Below, piece by piece: positions 1-10,450 of a DNA stretch of 64,000 nt. The notes beneath the pieces were generated by a model. That model saw only the letters and a program-made list of their open reading frames with translations, had not been told where the DNA came from and made no database searches. The position numbers and the translations under genes are program-made. Location of the stretch: positions 1,728,001-1,792,000 of the forward strand of contig OY970340.1 in NCBI GenBank assembly GCA_963717465.1, written 5' to 3'. Positions within the stretch are counted from its first letter, which is position 1. Each line of letters opens with the position of its first letter. The stretch is from Candidatus Bathyarchaeota archaeon (GTDB taxonomy: Archaea; Thermoproteota; Bathyarchaeia; Bathyarchaeales; Bathycorpusculaceae).

Positions 1-520
1 TGCGGGCGCTCAAATGTATGCAGCCGCGGTTCATCAGATGGACTCTAACATCACTTTGACACCTGTGTATGCACCGTTTTCATCCCAGATAGGTTGGCAA
101 ACAGAAGACGGCACGAATCCCATGCCAATATACTACTTAGGCTGGATCGCTGATTACCCATACCCAAGTGACTTCGTCAACGCGCTATACGAACAAGGCG
201 GCACCTACCCAACAGCCTCAGGCTTTGATTCCACATGGCTAAGCACAATAAATGCCACAGAGGGCTCGCAATACGCACAACTTAACAACCTAATAGGTGA
301 AGCAGACAGTGCAACAAACGCAACATTGGCAGCTCAATACTATAAACAGGCTGAGCAAACTGCAATTAACCTGTACATGTACGTGTACGTTATCCAACCA
401 AACGCTTTCTGGGTAGTTAAGCCATACATGGCAGGATACAACAGCCAAATTACCTACGAGGAAAACCCAATGATCGGCGGATCTTCTGACTCAATCTTCT
501 ATTGGTGGGTTAAAGGATAA
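1..520 (+). CDS. oppA: Peptide/oligopeptide ABC transporter substrate-binding protein, C-terminal part (truncated by window edge)
   Basis: Family 5 SBP C-terminal motifs (LGWIADYPYPSDFV; AQYYKQAEQTAI); first gene of a permease/ATPase operon. Confidence 0.85.
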   Translation, partial: AGAQMYAAAVHQMDSNITLTPVYAPFSSQIGWQTEDGTNPMPIYYLGWIADYPYPSDFVNALYEQGGTYPTASGFDSTWLSTINATEGSQYAQLNNLIGEADSATNATLAAQYYKQAEQTAINLYMYVYVIQPNAFWVVKPYMAGYNSQITYEENPMIGGSSDSIFYWWVKG

Positions 521-548
521 GCGCATTCTTGCGCCCATCTTTTTTTTG
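521..548 (+). terminator. Hairpin plus T-run between oppA and oppB (terminator/attenuator)
   Basis: GCGCA-TTCT-TGCGC stem-loop directly after the oppA stop, followed by a 9-T run. Confidence 0.55.
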
Positions 549-560
549 AGATGAGATTTC

Positions 561-1616
561 ATGCGCCTTTGGATTTACATAATAAGACGTTTACTTTTAC
601 TAATTCCAACTCTAATTGGACTTACTTTCATAGTATTTATCATATCACACGTAAGTGGGAATGGAATCATATTATCAGAATATCTTAGCCCCCGACTAAC
701 AGGGGCAGCTAGACAAGAAGTCATGCAAAACTTAATAATTCAATTTCACCTCAACCAACCGATATATGTACAATACTTTTACTGGCTCGCTCAAATAGTG
801 CAAGGCAACTGGGGTTTGACCAACACGCCAATATTTAGCGGCCCAGTTACGACAGCCATTGCACTTTATCTTCCAAACACTATAATGATCTCAGTGTTTG
901 CTTCCATCCTCATATGGGTGATAGGCGTCCCCTTGGGCGTATTTTCCGCAGTCAACAGGGACTCGCCTGCGGACCACACAATCCGTGTTGGATCCTTCAC
1001 CCTTTATGCCATGCCAATATACCTTATCGCCATAGTTCTTATCATCGTACTAGGAGTCTACACGCATATTCTTCCATTCTCTGGCGTAGTTGACCCAGTC
1101 TCAGTTGCCTCATTCTCATGGTATGTGAATGGAATATCCTATCCAACACACATACTTCTCTTAGATGCTCTTCTACACGGCGCTTGGGCAGTAGCTAGTG
1201 ACGCTTTCTTACATCTTATTCTACCTTCCGTCACGCTAGCACTCGCCATCGTAGCAGGCATGATAAGAATCCTTAGGTCCTCCATGCTTGAAGTTCTTGA
1301 TCAGGATTACATCAGATTAGCAAGATCAAAAGGCGTCTCCGAACGAACTGTAATTAACCTTCACGCCCGAAAGAATGCAATGCTGCCGGTAATTACGCTT
1401 TTTGGCTACACTGTAGCAGGTCTCCTAAGCGGGGCTGTAGTAGTCGAAACCATATTTAATTACCCAGGAATAGGATACTGGACAACCCAAGCTTTGCTCG
1501 CCAACGACGTGGGAGGCATCATGGCTGCTGCGTTGCTTTTCGGTTTAATGTTTTTGTTTGCAAACTTAGTGGTTGATATAGTTTACGCATTCATAGATCC
1601 GAGGATACGGTATTAG
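561..1616 (+). CDS. oppB: Peptide ABC transporter permease (OppB/DppB)
   Basis: YIIRRLLLLIPTL start, EAA-loop RSSMLEVLDQDYIRLARSKG, C-terminal DPRIRY. Confidence 0.95.
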   Translation: MRLWIYIIRRLLLLIPTLIGLTFIVFIISHVSGNGIILSEYLSPRLTGAARQEVMQNLIIQFHLNQPIYVQYFYWLAQIVQGNWGLTNTPIFSGPVTTAIALYLPNTIMISVFASILIWVIGVPLGVFSAVNRDSPADHTIRVGSFTLYAMPIYLIAIVLIIVLGVYTHILPFSGVVDPVSVASFSWYVNGISYPTHILLLDALLHGAWAVASDAFLHLILPSVTLALAIVAGMIRILRSSMLEVLDQDYIRLARSKGVSERTVINLHARKNAMLPVITLFGYTVAGLLSGAVVVETIFNYPGIGYWTTQALLANDVGGIMAAALLFGLMFLFANLVVDIVYAFIDPRIRY

Positions 1617-1654
1617 GAGGCGAAAAAGAGACGTCTGAAGTTGAAGATAAAAAA

Positions 1655-2536
1655 GTGCAACTAAAAAGCAGAAGATGGGAAAACACAAAGCTTTCACTCT
1701 CAGTTTTTTATGCAAATAAGGGAGCCGTCGTCGGTCTTGCCATAGTAATGGTATATGTCGTAATTGCAATCATAGATGAAGTTTGTCCACAACTAATTGG
1801 AGTTACCAGCCCTAACGTACTTGTTTCCAACTTTCTTAATCCCACGCCTTTACCGCCATCGTCAGCGCACTGGTTTGGAACAACCTTTCCAGGCATAGAT
1901 TTATTCACCAGCATGCTTGCAGCAATAAGAATTGACCTGTTCTATTCATTATTCGTTGTAGCGATAGGCGCCGCGGTTGGGTCCATCTTAGGGGTTATCT
2001 CTGCTCAAGTAGGTGGCATAATGGATGAAATTGTAATGAGAATAACTGATGTTTTCATGAGCATACCTTTCCTAATACTAGCCTTGGCAATAGGATTTGC
2101 TTTGGGCAGAACGCTGCTTGACATGTCAATTGCACTTGCGATTGGATGGTGGCCACTATACGCCAGGTATACAAGAAGTCAAACTCTTAGCACAAAAGAG
2201 TTCACATACGTAGAAGCGGCAAAGGCATCAGGCGTCGGCCGATTAAAAATCATGTTTAAGCACATTCTCCCAAATGCACTACCGCCAGTGTTCATACAGA
2301 TATCTCTGGATTTGGGCTCAATAATGGTAATTTTCTCTACTCTTGCTTTCATAGGCTTCATCCAAAACGCAACCGTGCCAGAGCTAGGTTACTTATCAAG
2401 TATAGGTCTTAATTACATGCAGACAGCTTGGTGGGCAGTTATTTTCCCTGGTGTTGCTATCACATTGTTTGCTTTAGCCGTCAACATGATGGGCGATGGC
2501 CTGAGAGACGTCTTAGACCCAAGGAGAAGGAGCTAA
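1655..2536 (+). CDS. oppC: Peptide ABC transporter permease (OppC/DppC)
   Basis: PPSSAHWFGT, YVEAAKASG, KHILPN, GDGLRDVLDPR. Confidence 0.95.
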   Translation: MQLKSRRWENTKLSLSVFYANKGAVVGLAIVMVYVVIAIIDEVCPQLIGVTSPNVLVSNFLNPTPLPPSSAHWFGTTFPGIDLFTSMLAAIRIDLFYSLFVVAIGAAVGSILGVISAQVGGIMDEIVMRITDVFMSIPFLILALAIGFALGRTLLDMSIALAIGWWPLYARYTRSQTLSTKEFTYVEAAKASGVGRLKIMFKHILPNALPPVFIQISLDLGSIMVIFSTLAFIGFIQNATVPELGYLSSIGLNYMQTAWWAVIFPGVAITLFALAVNMMGDGLRDVLDPRRRS

Positions 2537-2537
2537 A

Positions 2538-3900
2538 TTGGAATACACACTAAGAGTTTCAGATTTAAGGTTACAGTTCTATACTCAGGCGCGGCATATA
2601 CAAAGCTCTAAACGGTTTAGACATCAATCTTAACCAAGGCGAAATATTAGGCATAGCAGGAGAAAGCGGATGCGGCAAAACAACCCTAGGTTTAGCCATA
2701 ATGGGTCTTCTACCGCCTAACGCTGAAATAACATCTGGCAAAGTAATTTTGCTGGGCGAGAAAGACTTGCTAGCCGCCCGAAGAGCAGCCAATCCAAATC
2801 CGTCGAAGCGATTAAGCGCAAGGCAGCGTGAGGAAATCGTGAAAAAAGTGAACAAAGATTTGGATTCTGTTCGAGGCAGCAGGCTTTCCATGGTATTTCA
2901 AGATCCTATGACAAGTCTTAATCCTGTCCTTCAGATCGGTTTCCAAGTAGCAGAGACGATTATCGTGCATGACCCAGTATCTCTTGCAGAAAGAAAACTT
3001 GCCAGAGCAAAGACAACAAAATCAGATATTGAACAAATTCTTAATCTGCTCAGAGATGGAGCTAACGAAGCAACTATTAATCAATACGCTGAATCGAAAG
3101 GACTGCATGGCATTGAAGACCAAGTTTACAACATTTGGCGAAGGAACGACCTTGAAGAAATTAAGAAAGAGAAGATGATTCTCTCTCTTCACTCAGACAA
3201 GTTGGGTTCACTTGAAAAAACAGTTCTTGAACGAGTTAAAAGTGGAAAAGGCATTGGCGGATGGATGAAAATCCCAGGTATAAACAGAAGGGTTAAGAAA
3301 GTTCTGTTCAAGGAAGGATACATAAAAGCTATTGAACTTCTATCCATACTCGAAGTTCCTAATCCGGATAAAGTAGTTAAGATGTACCCTCATGAATTGT
3401 CAGGTGGCATGAGACAAAGAATAGTAATTGCTATCGCGCTTGCCAACAATCCTGAATTGATAATCTTAGATGAACCGACCAGCGCATTGGACGTTACGGT
3501 GCAAGCTCAAATTCTTGAACTTACAAGGCATCTTAAGCACAAATTCAACACTTCGTTCATATTCATATCCCACGACCTCTCGGTCTTAGCTGAAGTTTGT
3601 GATAGAATCGCAATAATGTACGCTGGCAGAATAGTCGAATTGGCACCCACTGATGCAATATTCAACAGGCCTGTTCACCCCTACACGAGGATGCTTATTA
3701 GAGCTATTCCAACAATCGATGGAACTGAAATCCAAGGCATAGGCGGCGCAGTTCCTGACATGAGAAACGTTCCGCTGGGTTGCTCGTTCCATCCTAGATG
3801 CCCAGATAAAAAGGAGCACTGCACGAACGTAACATCAGAAATGATAGAAGTTGGGTCGGACCATTTTGTCGCCTGCTTCCATAAAGGTGAATCATCATAA
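2538..3900 (+). CDS. oppD: Peptide ABC transporter ATPase (OppD), ~453 aa; one apparent +1 indel near 2586
   Basis: TTG at 2538 reads MEYTLRVSDLRLQFYT; after one extra base the frame of the 2701 ORF gives GIYKALNGLD...GESGCGKTT (Walker A), LSGGMRQR, ILDEPT and the C-terminal Cys motif. Confidence 0.9.
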
Positions 3901-5231
3901 TGTTAATCGCTACAAGAAAACTAGTAAAACATTATCCGATAAAAGGCAACAGTGTTTTCGGAAAGCCCCCAATGCTAAAAGCTGTCGACGGCGTCAATTT
4001 GCAGGTGAAAGATGGGGAAGTTGTAGGCATAGTCGGCGAAAGCGGCTCAGGCAAAACTACACTAGGGCGAATGCTTCTAGGTCTTCTAAAGCCAACCTCG
4101 GGTCACGTGCTCTTTGACATACCGGATGACGTCCTAGCACAATATGATGATTATGTTGCAAACAAGGAACTTAAAAAAGCTGAGTTAATCGAAAAAGAAT
4201 ATTCGATTTTAAGTAATAAAAGAGGCAAACAGAAAGAAATTCGGCGGAAGACCAACATTGTGTTTCAAGACCCCTATGCATCATTGGACCCGCGACTAAA
4301 CGTCCTGGATATAATAACCGAACCCATCAAAGCAACCACTCGTATGCGATCAGCTGAAGCTAACAAGAGATGCATGGAGCTTTTAGATGAGGTGAATCTT
4401 CCAAGAGATTTCGCATACAGGTATCCTCATGAACTTTCAGGCGGACAGAGACAAAGAGTTGCCCTCGCCAGGGGAATTGCCACGTTGCCAAAGTTCATCG
4501 TTTTAGATGAGCCGACTAGTGCACTGGATGTTTCTGTTCAAGCTCAAGTATTAGCTCTACTGCGCAGAATACGGCGAGATCACAAAATTGGCATGGTTCT
4601 CATTACCCATAACATAGCTGTAATCTCTTACATGGCAGACCAAGTGAACGTAATGTATGCAGGCAAGATAGTGGAAAGCGGGCTGAAAAAAGACGTAATT
4701 CTAAGCCCAGTTCACCCCTACAATACGGCGCTTATATCTGCGGTTCCAGGAAAAGGGATCAAAGAAAGAAAAGTAATTTTGAAGGGTGATACTCCGAACC
4801 TTGTGGACCCACCACCAGGATGCTCTTTCCACCCTAGGTGCCCACAAGCCTTCAACATGTGCGGCTGGACAGCTGAAGAAATCTCAATCGACCTTAAGCA
4901 TCTCATAGAAAACAAGTATCTTAACATCTTCGACCAAAATATCATCGTCCACCCAACTAATGATGGCAACGTACTAGTCAAAAACACAGCCATGTCTAAA
5001 CTGACGGAACTCATCAACTTGGAACAGCAGAAAACTAAAAGCTTCTCAGCGATAAAGAAAATAACGGAAAAACCTGAAGGCATCGAACTTGAACTTCAAC
5101 ATTTCCCATCGCCAACACTTTATCAGGTTGAAAATAGAGCAGTCGCCTGCCATCTTTACGCACCAACGGAAAAAATCCAAGACCTTATTCACGTACAGAA
5201 GAGCGCTCCAAAAACACCTGCTCCTCGGTAA
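3900..5231 (+). CDS. oppF: Peptide ABC transporter ATPase (OppF)
   Basis: GESGSGKTT, YPHELSGGQRQR, VLDEPT, CSFHPRC...VACHLY. Confidence 0.95.
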   Translation: MLIATRKLVKHYPIKGNSVFGKPPMLKAVDGVNLQVKDGEVVGIVGESGSGKTTLGRMLLGLLKPTSGHVLFDIPDDVLAQYDDYVANKELKKAELIEKEYSILSNKRGKQKEIRRKTNIVFQDPYASLDPRLNVLDIITEPIKATTRMRSAEANKRCMELLDEVNLPRDFAYRYPHELSGGQRQRVALARGIATLPKFIVLDEPTSALDVSVQAQVLALLRRIRRDHKIGMVLITHNIAVISYMADQVNVMYAGKIVESGLKKDVILSPVHPYNTALISAVPGKGIKERKVILKGDTPNLVDPPPGCSFHPRCPQAFNMCGWTAEEISIDLKHLIENKYLNIFDQNIIVHPTNDGNVLVKNTAMSKLTELINLEQQKTKSFSAIKKITEKPEGIELELQHFPSPTLYQVENRAVACHLYAPTEKIQDLIHVQKSAPKTPAPR

Positions 5232-5538
5232 AGCCGAACTTGCCGTACAACTTTTTGAGTCATCACTTTATGTATTCAGGCGGGAACTTGCAGTTCACTA
5301 GATTAAATTTAATCCTCGAACGATGTAATTGTTAAATTACTTTTTATTTTTATTGGACCAGCCGACAGCTCCCTTAACTTGTGGTTTCATAGCTATATTT
5401 TGCACCCAATTTTGATGCCCAAAATATTGGGGTAAGACAGCGCATGTACGTATGGTTATTTCTCTTTGCTTTCGACATGTTGTGATGACGGAATGAAGTT
5501 TATTAGCGGCTGTTCTTATATCGAATTGGAGAAGGCAA

Positions 5539-5709
5539 ATGGGTTTTAACGCTAAAGACTGGTTTAGCGTATTGAAGAGAGAGATTAAAAGGGAGATTTT
5601 GGAATATTACGACACTGTCTTTTCAAGAAAATCTGGTCCTCCCCTATGTATTGCATTGTGCGTCTTAACAATCATCTCATTTGTAGCTCACATGTTAGGG
5701 ATCGCTTAG
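5539..5709 (+). CDS. Small hypothetical membrane protein (56 aa, not in the ORF track)
   Basis: GGAGAAGG before ATG; MGFNAKDWFSVLKREIK...PLCIALCVLTIISFVAHMLGIA with a hydrophobic C-terminal helix. Confidence 0.4.
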   Translation: MGFNAKDWFSVLKREIKREILEYYDTVFSRKSGPPLCIALCVLTIISFVAHMLGIA

Positions 5710-5792
5710 CAGTGTTTTTGCAATTAAGAAAGGCGCATCAAAAGAACTCTTAAAAATAAAAATGGGTGATCGATGCATTTCTTGCTTAATTC

Positions 5793-6092
5793 TTAAGGGA
5801 TGCTTGTATGTTTTCTCTTTGTGACAAACAAGCCCACTGGTACGGCTGCTAGTACGATTACGGCTGCTATGACTGGAAGGTACTGGCCAATTGTAGCTAA
5901 GACTGGTGTCGACGTCGCGGTTGATATGGCAGATGGAATAGAGACTGGTTGCATCGTAACTGGCGTTGTTCCTCTGGGCGCAGGCGCGCTAGGATACATT
6001 GCTTTTGCTTCGTTTATCGCTAATGGCATGATAAAGCCTATCAGCAGAATTGCAAAGACAAGCATCGAAGATGTTTTAGTTCTGATTCTCAT
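5793..6092 (-). CDS. Small secreted, C-terminally anchored Pro/Ser/Thr-rich protein
   Basis: Signal-peptide-like N-terminus, P/S/T-rich middle, C-terminal TM followed by KRK; GAGGGTGA SD-like sequence upstream. Confidence 0.65.
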   Translation of the reverse strand: MRIRTKTSSMLVFAILLIGFIMPLAINEAKAMYPSAPAPRGTTPVTMQPVSIPSAISTATSTPVLATIGQYLPVIAAVIVLAAVPVGLFVTKRKHTSIP

Positions 6093-6416
6093 TGTTGTGT
6101 TTCACCCTCGTATATTTTATATTAATACACAATAAACAAGATAACTCGGTGCGGGTATATACACCCTTTGATTTTTAAATCATTATATTAAATCAATTTT
6201 GATGTTGACGCATTATATTGAAAGAATTCAAGTATCAATGCACGAACAAACACACGAGTTTAATACAGTCCTTAACTCACAACGTAAGCGTTCTCCTTTT
6301 TCTTTCGATTCCATTTTGTATTTTTCCGGTAGACACGTGCAGCTCAGCAACTTGCTTTGCATTAGCATTTTTAACCAGTGTTACGAGAGGTTTTGACTCA
6401 ACTCGTCTAAAGTGCA

Positions 6417-6863
6417 CTAGCGTTCTAATAACAACCTTTCAGTGGTAAAACCATACTTGCCGTAAAGTCGTCGTGCTTTCACGTTATTTTCTTGTGTGGA
6501 AACGTGCAACTCTACGATGCCTTTATTATCTGCATTTTTCGTTAATTCTTCGAGAAGCTTTGATCCTACTCCCTTATCTTGATAATTAACTGCAACAAAG
6601 AAGTCAAGTATCAAACCTTGCTTCTCATCTTCCCAAAGTGATGGAAAAACAACGCCGTCAATAAAGCCGACAATAACGGAGTTAATTTCCGCTACTAAAA
6701 GAATAAAATCTTTGTTATCCAAGATTTCTTTAAAAGTAGTTCTTACATGATCCTCATTTCCCTGCCACATTTCATCTCCAAGTTTCGTAGATTGCAACGT
6801 GTTAATTATGCCAACGATATCTTCCTTTGCCGCTTTACGAACAACAATTTTCCCTAATGACAT
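6417..6863 (-). CDS. GNAT family N-acetyltransferase
   Basis: VAVNYQDKGVGSKLL acetyl-CoA motif; NVKARRLYGKYGF. Confidence 0.9.
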   Translation of the reverse strand: MSLGKIVVRKAAKEDIVGIINTLQSTKLGDEMWQGNEDHVRTTFKEILDNKDFILLVAEINSVIVGFIDGVVFPSLWEDEKQGLILDFFVAVNYQDKGVGSKLLEELTKNADNKGIVELHVSTQENNVKARRLYGKYGFTTERLLLER

Positions 6864-7074
6864 GCAATCACTCTGTCTGCTTCGAAGTGTGCACTATCAA
6901 AATTTAAAAATTTGCACGAATACCAAAACGCTTCACGCATAAGTTTGGGTTTCAGATGCAAATTTTAATTCTTAAAATCCAAAAATTACGAACATACATT
7001 TCTTTTAAATACAATAGGCTTAACGAAACTTCCTTATAATTAATAGCTATAATTGGGCTTACGCGGTTAGGTCA

Positions 7075-7977
7075 ATGATAGGAGAACTCGCTGCTCTTGG
7101 TGCTGCTATCAGTTGGGCGGTAGCGCCGATCCTTTACAGGAAAGCATTGTTTAGCACTAAGCCTGTTTCTGCTAATATCGTACGATGTGCTACTAACGCA
7201 GCTGTATTGATAGCTTTCTTGCTAATTTTAGGTCAAGCAGAGGAATTGTTTGCTTTGCCTATTGACACAATTATTTTGGTCGTTGCTAGTGGCATAATCG
7301 GGTTAGGCATTGGTGACACGTTGTACATGCTTGGTATCAAATATGTTGGCGTTTCACGTGCGGTTCCTATTGCAGCCACTTATCCGCTATTCGGTATTGT
7401 GTGGGCAACTATCCTGTTAGGTCAACCGCTATCCATTACTGCTGTCATCGGAGCTGTCGTGATTATTTTGGGAATTTGGCTGCTAACCAGACAGAACAGC
7501 AATGATGAAAGCTTGAGTTTGGGTAAAACTAATAAAATAAAGTCAATAGGTGTACTTGTGAGCTTAGTAACCGCAGTTATTTGGTCAATAAGCATTGCGC
7601 TGATGGATGATGCAGTATCAAATGTCGTTGGGCTTGGTGCCAACTATGCAATAATAACTTTGAGGATAGCATCCGTCTCCATTTTCTTCATGATTCTTGC
7701 CCCCTTGATTGACAAAGAGCACGGGTTTATGAAGATGAAGAAATCTACGATAGTCAGCCTATGCGCTGGGGGGTTAATTGCGAATGGCGTTGGGTGGTTT
7801 TTGATGAATTACAGTTTCCAAAACCTTGCTTTAGCACAAGCAACCATCATTTCCTCAACATCACCGCTTTTTGCCACGATAGCCGGCTTCATGCTTTTCA
7901 AAGAAAAAATGTCAACAAAAACAATGCTGGGAGCAATAACAATTGTCGCTGGAATTATCCTGATTTTCATCGTGTGA
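7075..7977 (+). CDS. EamA/DMT family transporter
   Basis: About 10 TM helices in two repeats (GVSRAVPIAATYPLF; ATIISSTSPLFA...FKEK). Confidence 0.9.
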   Translation: MIGELAALGAAISWAVAPILYRKALFSTKPVSANIVRCATNAAVLIAFLLILGQAEELFALPIDTIILVVASGIIGLGIGDTLYMLGIKYVGVSRAVPIAATYPLFGIVWATILLGQPLSITAVIGAVVIILGIWLLTRQNSNDESLSLGKTNKIKSIGVLVSLVTAVIWSISIALMDDAVSNVVGLGANYAIITLRIASVSIFFMILAPLIDKEHGFMKMKKSTIVSLCAGGLIANGVGWFLMNYSFQNLALAQATIISSTSPLFATIAGFMLFKEKMSTKTMLGAITIVAGIILIFIV

Positions 7978-8213
7978 AAAAGTTTGTTGTAAAATGCTTC
8001 GAGATAAACTATCTGAACGAAACGACAAAACTTCTGAATTTCCGCGACAAAAGAAAAAAGATGAACCAGAGCATCGAATGACTTGAAACAGTTAATGCAT
8101 GACTCTTCATTTCCTCTATTAATAATCATTCTCTGTAGCTTGAATGCTGTATACACCCCAAATCAGCCTGTTTTCTACAGAAACATTAGACTTTTCCGTG
8201 ATTTTGGTTGGTT

Positions 8214-8247
8214 GGATTAAATTTTAATCCAAAAAAATTGAGCAAAA
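8214..8247. repeat. Dispersed intergenic palindromic repeat, copy C (related copies at 5301-5314, 6943-6969, 10451-10496)
   Basis: TTGGATTAAA-T-TTTAATCCAA is a perfect 10-bp inverted repeat (8212-8232); 30/34 identity to 10463-10496. Confidence 0.75.
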
Positions 8248-8416
8248 ATGGGAAACAAATCTCTCGGCGTAAACACGATTGATTGAGTTAATGTTGGATT
8301 TAAAAGCTGGAGCTGGAATTAAGCCTGCTTAGATTCAGTTTTAGATGCGTTTTAGCTTTTTTTGGTAAGCTTATTAGGCGCAATTAATCTTTACTTTCCT
8401 TCTGGGGATTGCCAGT

Positions 8417-8911
8417 ATGCAAGCTGCGTTACTCGTTATCGATGTTCAAAACAAGTTTTTCCATGTTAATCAGGTATGCACTGATTCTCTGAACTCTGCG
8501 GTTGAATATATTAATGCTGCAATAGCTCTTTTTCGGCGAAAGGGTTTGCCTGTTTTCGTAATTCAGCACAAAGATGAAGAAGCTAAGATTGTTCCAGGAA
8601 CTGCTGATTTTGAAGTAACCGAGAAACTAAACCTTGACCCTAAGGATCTGCGGGTTACCAAAACATATGGTAACTCTTTTAACAAAACGCCGCTTTTAGA
8701 CCGTTTAAAAGAGCTTAATGTGGGCACAGTTATCATCACAGGCTTTTGCGCGGAGTACTGCGTCATATCCACTTATATTGGGGCTAAAGACTTAGACTTA
8801 AAGCCTATAATTTTAAGAGGTGCAATTGCTTCCGACAACGCCGAACATATTAGATTTGTAGAAGAGATCACTGAAAACGTAACATACGGAGCACTTGAAA
8901 CACTTTTATAG
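8417..8911 (+). CDS. Isochorismatase-family cysteine hydrolase
   Basis: LLVIDVQ, KTYGNSF, GFCAEYCVIST (Asp-Lys-Cys triad). Confidence 0.9.
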   Translation: MQAALLVIDVQNKFFHVNQVCTDSLNSAVEYINAAIALFRRKGLPVFVIQHKDEEAKIVPGTADFEVTEKLNLDPKDLRVTKTYGNSFNKTPLLDRLKELNVGTVIITGFCAEYCVISTYIGAKDLDLKPIILRGAIASDNAEHIRFVEEITENVTYGALETLL

Positions 8912-9098
8912 ATTAATAAAAAATCGCTCGTCGTTTTTGTCATTTTCACTTGGTCTCAGAAATACTAGCAAAAGGCGGACGGCTTGGCCTTTTCTGATTT
9001 GTATGCGAGAAACTTAAATGCTCAAAAGTTGTGCAATACCAAAACAGGGATAAGAGCATGACAGAAAAATCGCATAAGACTTGGAATATTCTTGATGC

Positions 9099-10370
9099 AT
9101 GTTCCTTCGAGGGCGACAAAATTTGAACAGAAACATCAGGTTTTTGGGTTTTGGAGCGGCAGTGAGAGCCCTTGGAGTCTCCATGCTCTATCCCTTTATC
9201 AGCATATTCCTCAACAAGGTCTTGGAAGTCAGCTACATTGACATCGGCCTGCTATTAATACTCGTAGGAGTATTTCCGCTGTTGCTCTCCCCATTCGGAG
9301 GAATGGTGACCGACAGAATCGGGAGGCGAAGCGTCTTCCTACTCACATTAGGAATTGAAGCGGCTTGTGTTGCGCTCGTTGGAGCATCGATGTTGTTTAT
9401 GTTCATCCCAGGGATTATTGCTGCGGCCGCTGTCGCAAACATAGCTGGAAGCGCCCTTGCTGGTCCCGCTCTCTCAGCCTACACTGCAGATTTAACTACG
9501 GTTGAAGAGAGAACCACAGCCTACAGTTGGCAAAGAATTGGCTTCAATGGCGGATACACGATAGGCGTAGCTGCAGGAGGCTCCTTAATCTACTTCCTCG
9601 GCTACTCCACTTCAGGGTTCCTAGCAGCACTCTTCATGGGATGCTCCGTTGTTATGCTAGCCCTAGTACTGTCCCCGTCCCCATTCGATCTTGCGCATTC
9701 CAAAGGAGATACAAGCACAGATTCCCAGTCACTCCAGCGTCCCTTGTCGGTTCGCGAGAGCTTAGAAACCTTGGCCAGAGACAGATACTTCCTCCTGCTC
9801 TGCTTAGGATTCTTCTTGGCTAGTTTGGCCACTGGCCAATGGGCTAACACGCTTCCACTTTACCTAGGATCCGTGCTAAATCTCCCAACAGTGGTGGTGG
9901 GTGTGGCGCTTGCACTCAATGGTTTAGTAGTAGTGGTAGGGCAAAACCAAGTGACGAAGTGGGCAACTGGACACATGCACACGTCAGCCGCAAATGTGTC
10001 AGTCCTTTTGTACTTTGTTTCCTACGTGATGCTTGGCGCCATTGGATTGGGCGCATACGGAGGCATGTTAGTTGCAGCCGTTATGTTGGCAATTATAGTC
10101 CTTACCCTTGGAGAGAACTTTGGTGCCATACCGATGATGACGATGCCCTCCAATCTTGCTCCACCCACAGAGATAGGCTCATACAACGGCGCCTTCGGCT
10201 TGTTCTCTGGAGCCGGATGGGTATTAGCTCCCGCACTTGGAGGCTTCGCCCTATCAGTGACGAGCAACACGCTACTGGCTTGGTTGTTGATGATGATACC
10301 CGCAGCGCCTGCAGTTGTATTGTTCATCCTGCTGGGGAAACGCCTGCCCAAAAAGGCGAATACTGTCTGA
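9099..10370 (+). CDS. MFS transporter
   Basis: About 12 TM; motif A GMVTDRIGRR; true start may be the ATG at 9058 if there is an indel. Confidence 0.9.
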   Translation: MFLRGRQNLNRNIRFLGFGAAVRALGVSMLYPFISIFLNKVLEVSYIDIGLLLILVGVFPLLLSPFGGMVTDRIGRRSVFLLTLGIEAACVALVGASMLFMFIPGIIAAAAVANIAGSALAGPALSAYTADLTTVEERTTAYSWQRIGFNGGYTIGVAAGGSLIYFLGYSTSGFLAALFMGCSVVMLALVLSPSPFDLAHSKGDTSTDSQSLQRPLSVRESLETLARDRYFLLLCLGFFLASLATGQWANTLPLYLGSVLNLPTVVVGVALALNGLVVVVGQNQVTKWATGHMHTSAANVSVLLYFVSYVMLGAIGLGAYGGMLVAAVMLAIIVLTLGENFGAIPMMTMPSNLAPPTEIGSYNGAFGLFSGAGWVLAPALGGFALSVTSNTLLAWLLMMIPAAPAVVLFILLGKRLPKKANTV

Positions 10371-10450
10371 TTTACATTTGATTGTAGCTTCTCCATCCTG
10401 GCTGTAAATAACTTTCCATGCATTCACGCTAAGATAAAAATTAGTTTGGG

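Noticed and set aside
5235..5297. Imperfect direct repeat GAACTTGC.GT.CA near the oppF 3' end
   Set aside because: Only two short degenerate copies; compatible with chance
5800..6135. Plus-strand 111-aa ORF
   Set aside because: Antisense shadow of the better supported secreted protein at 5793-6092
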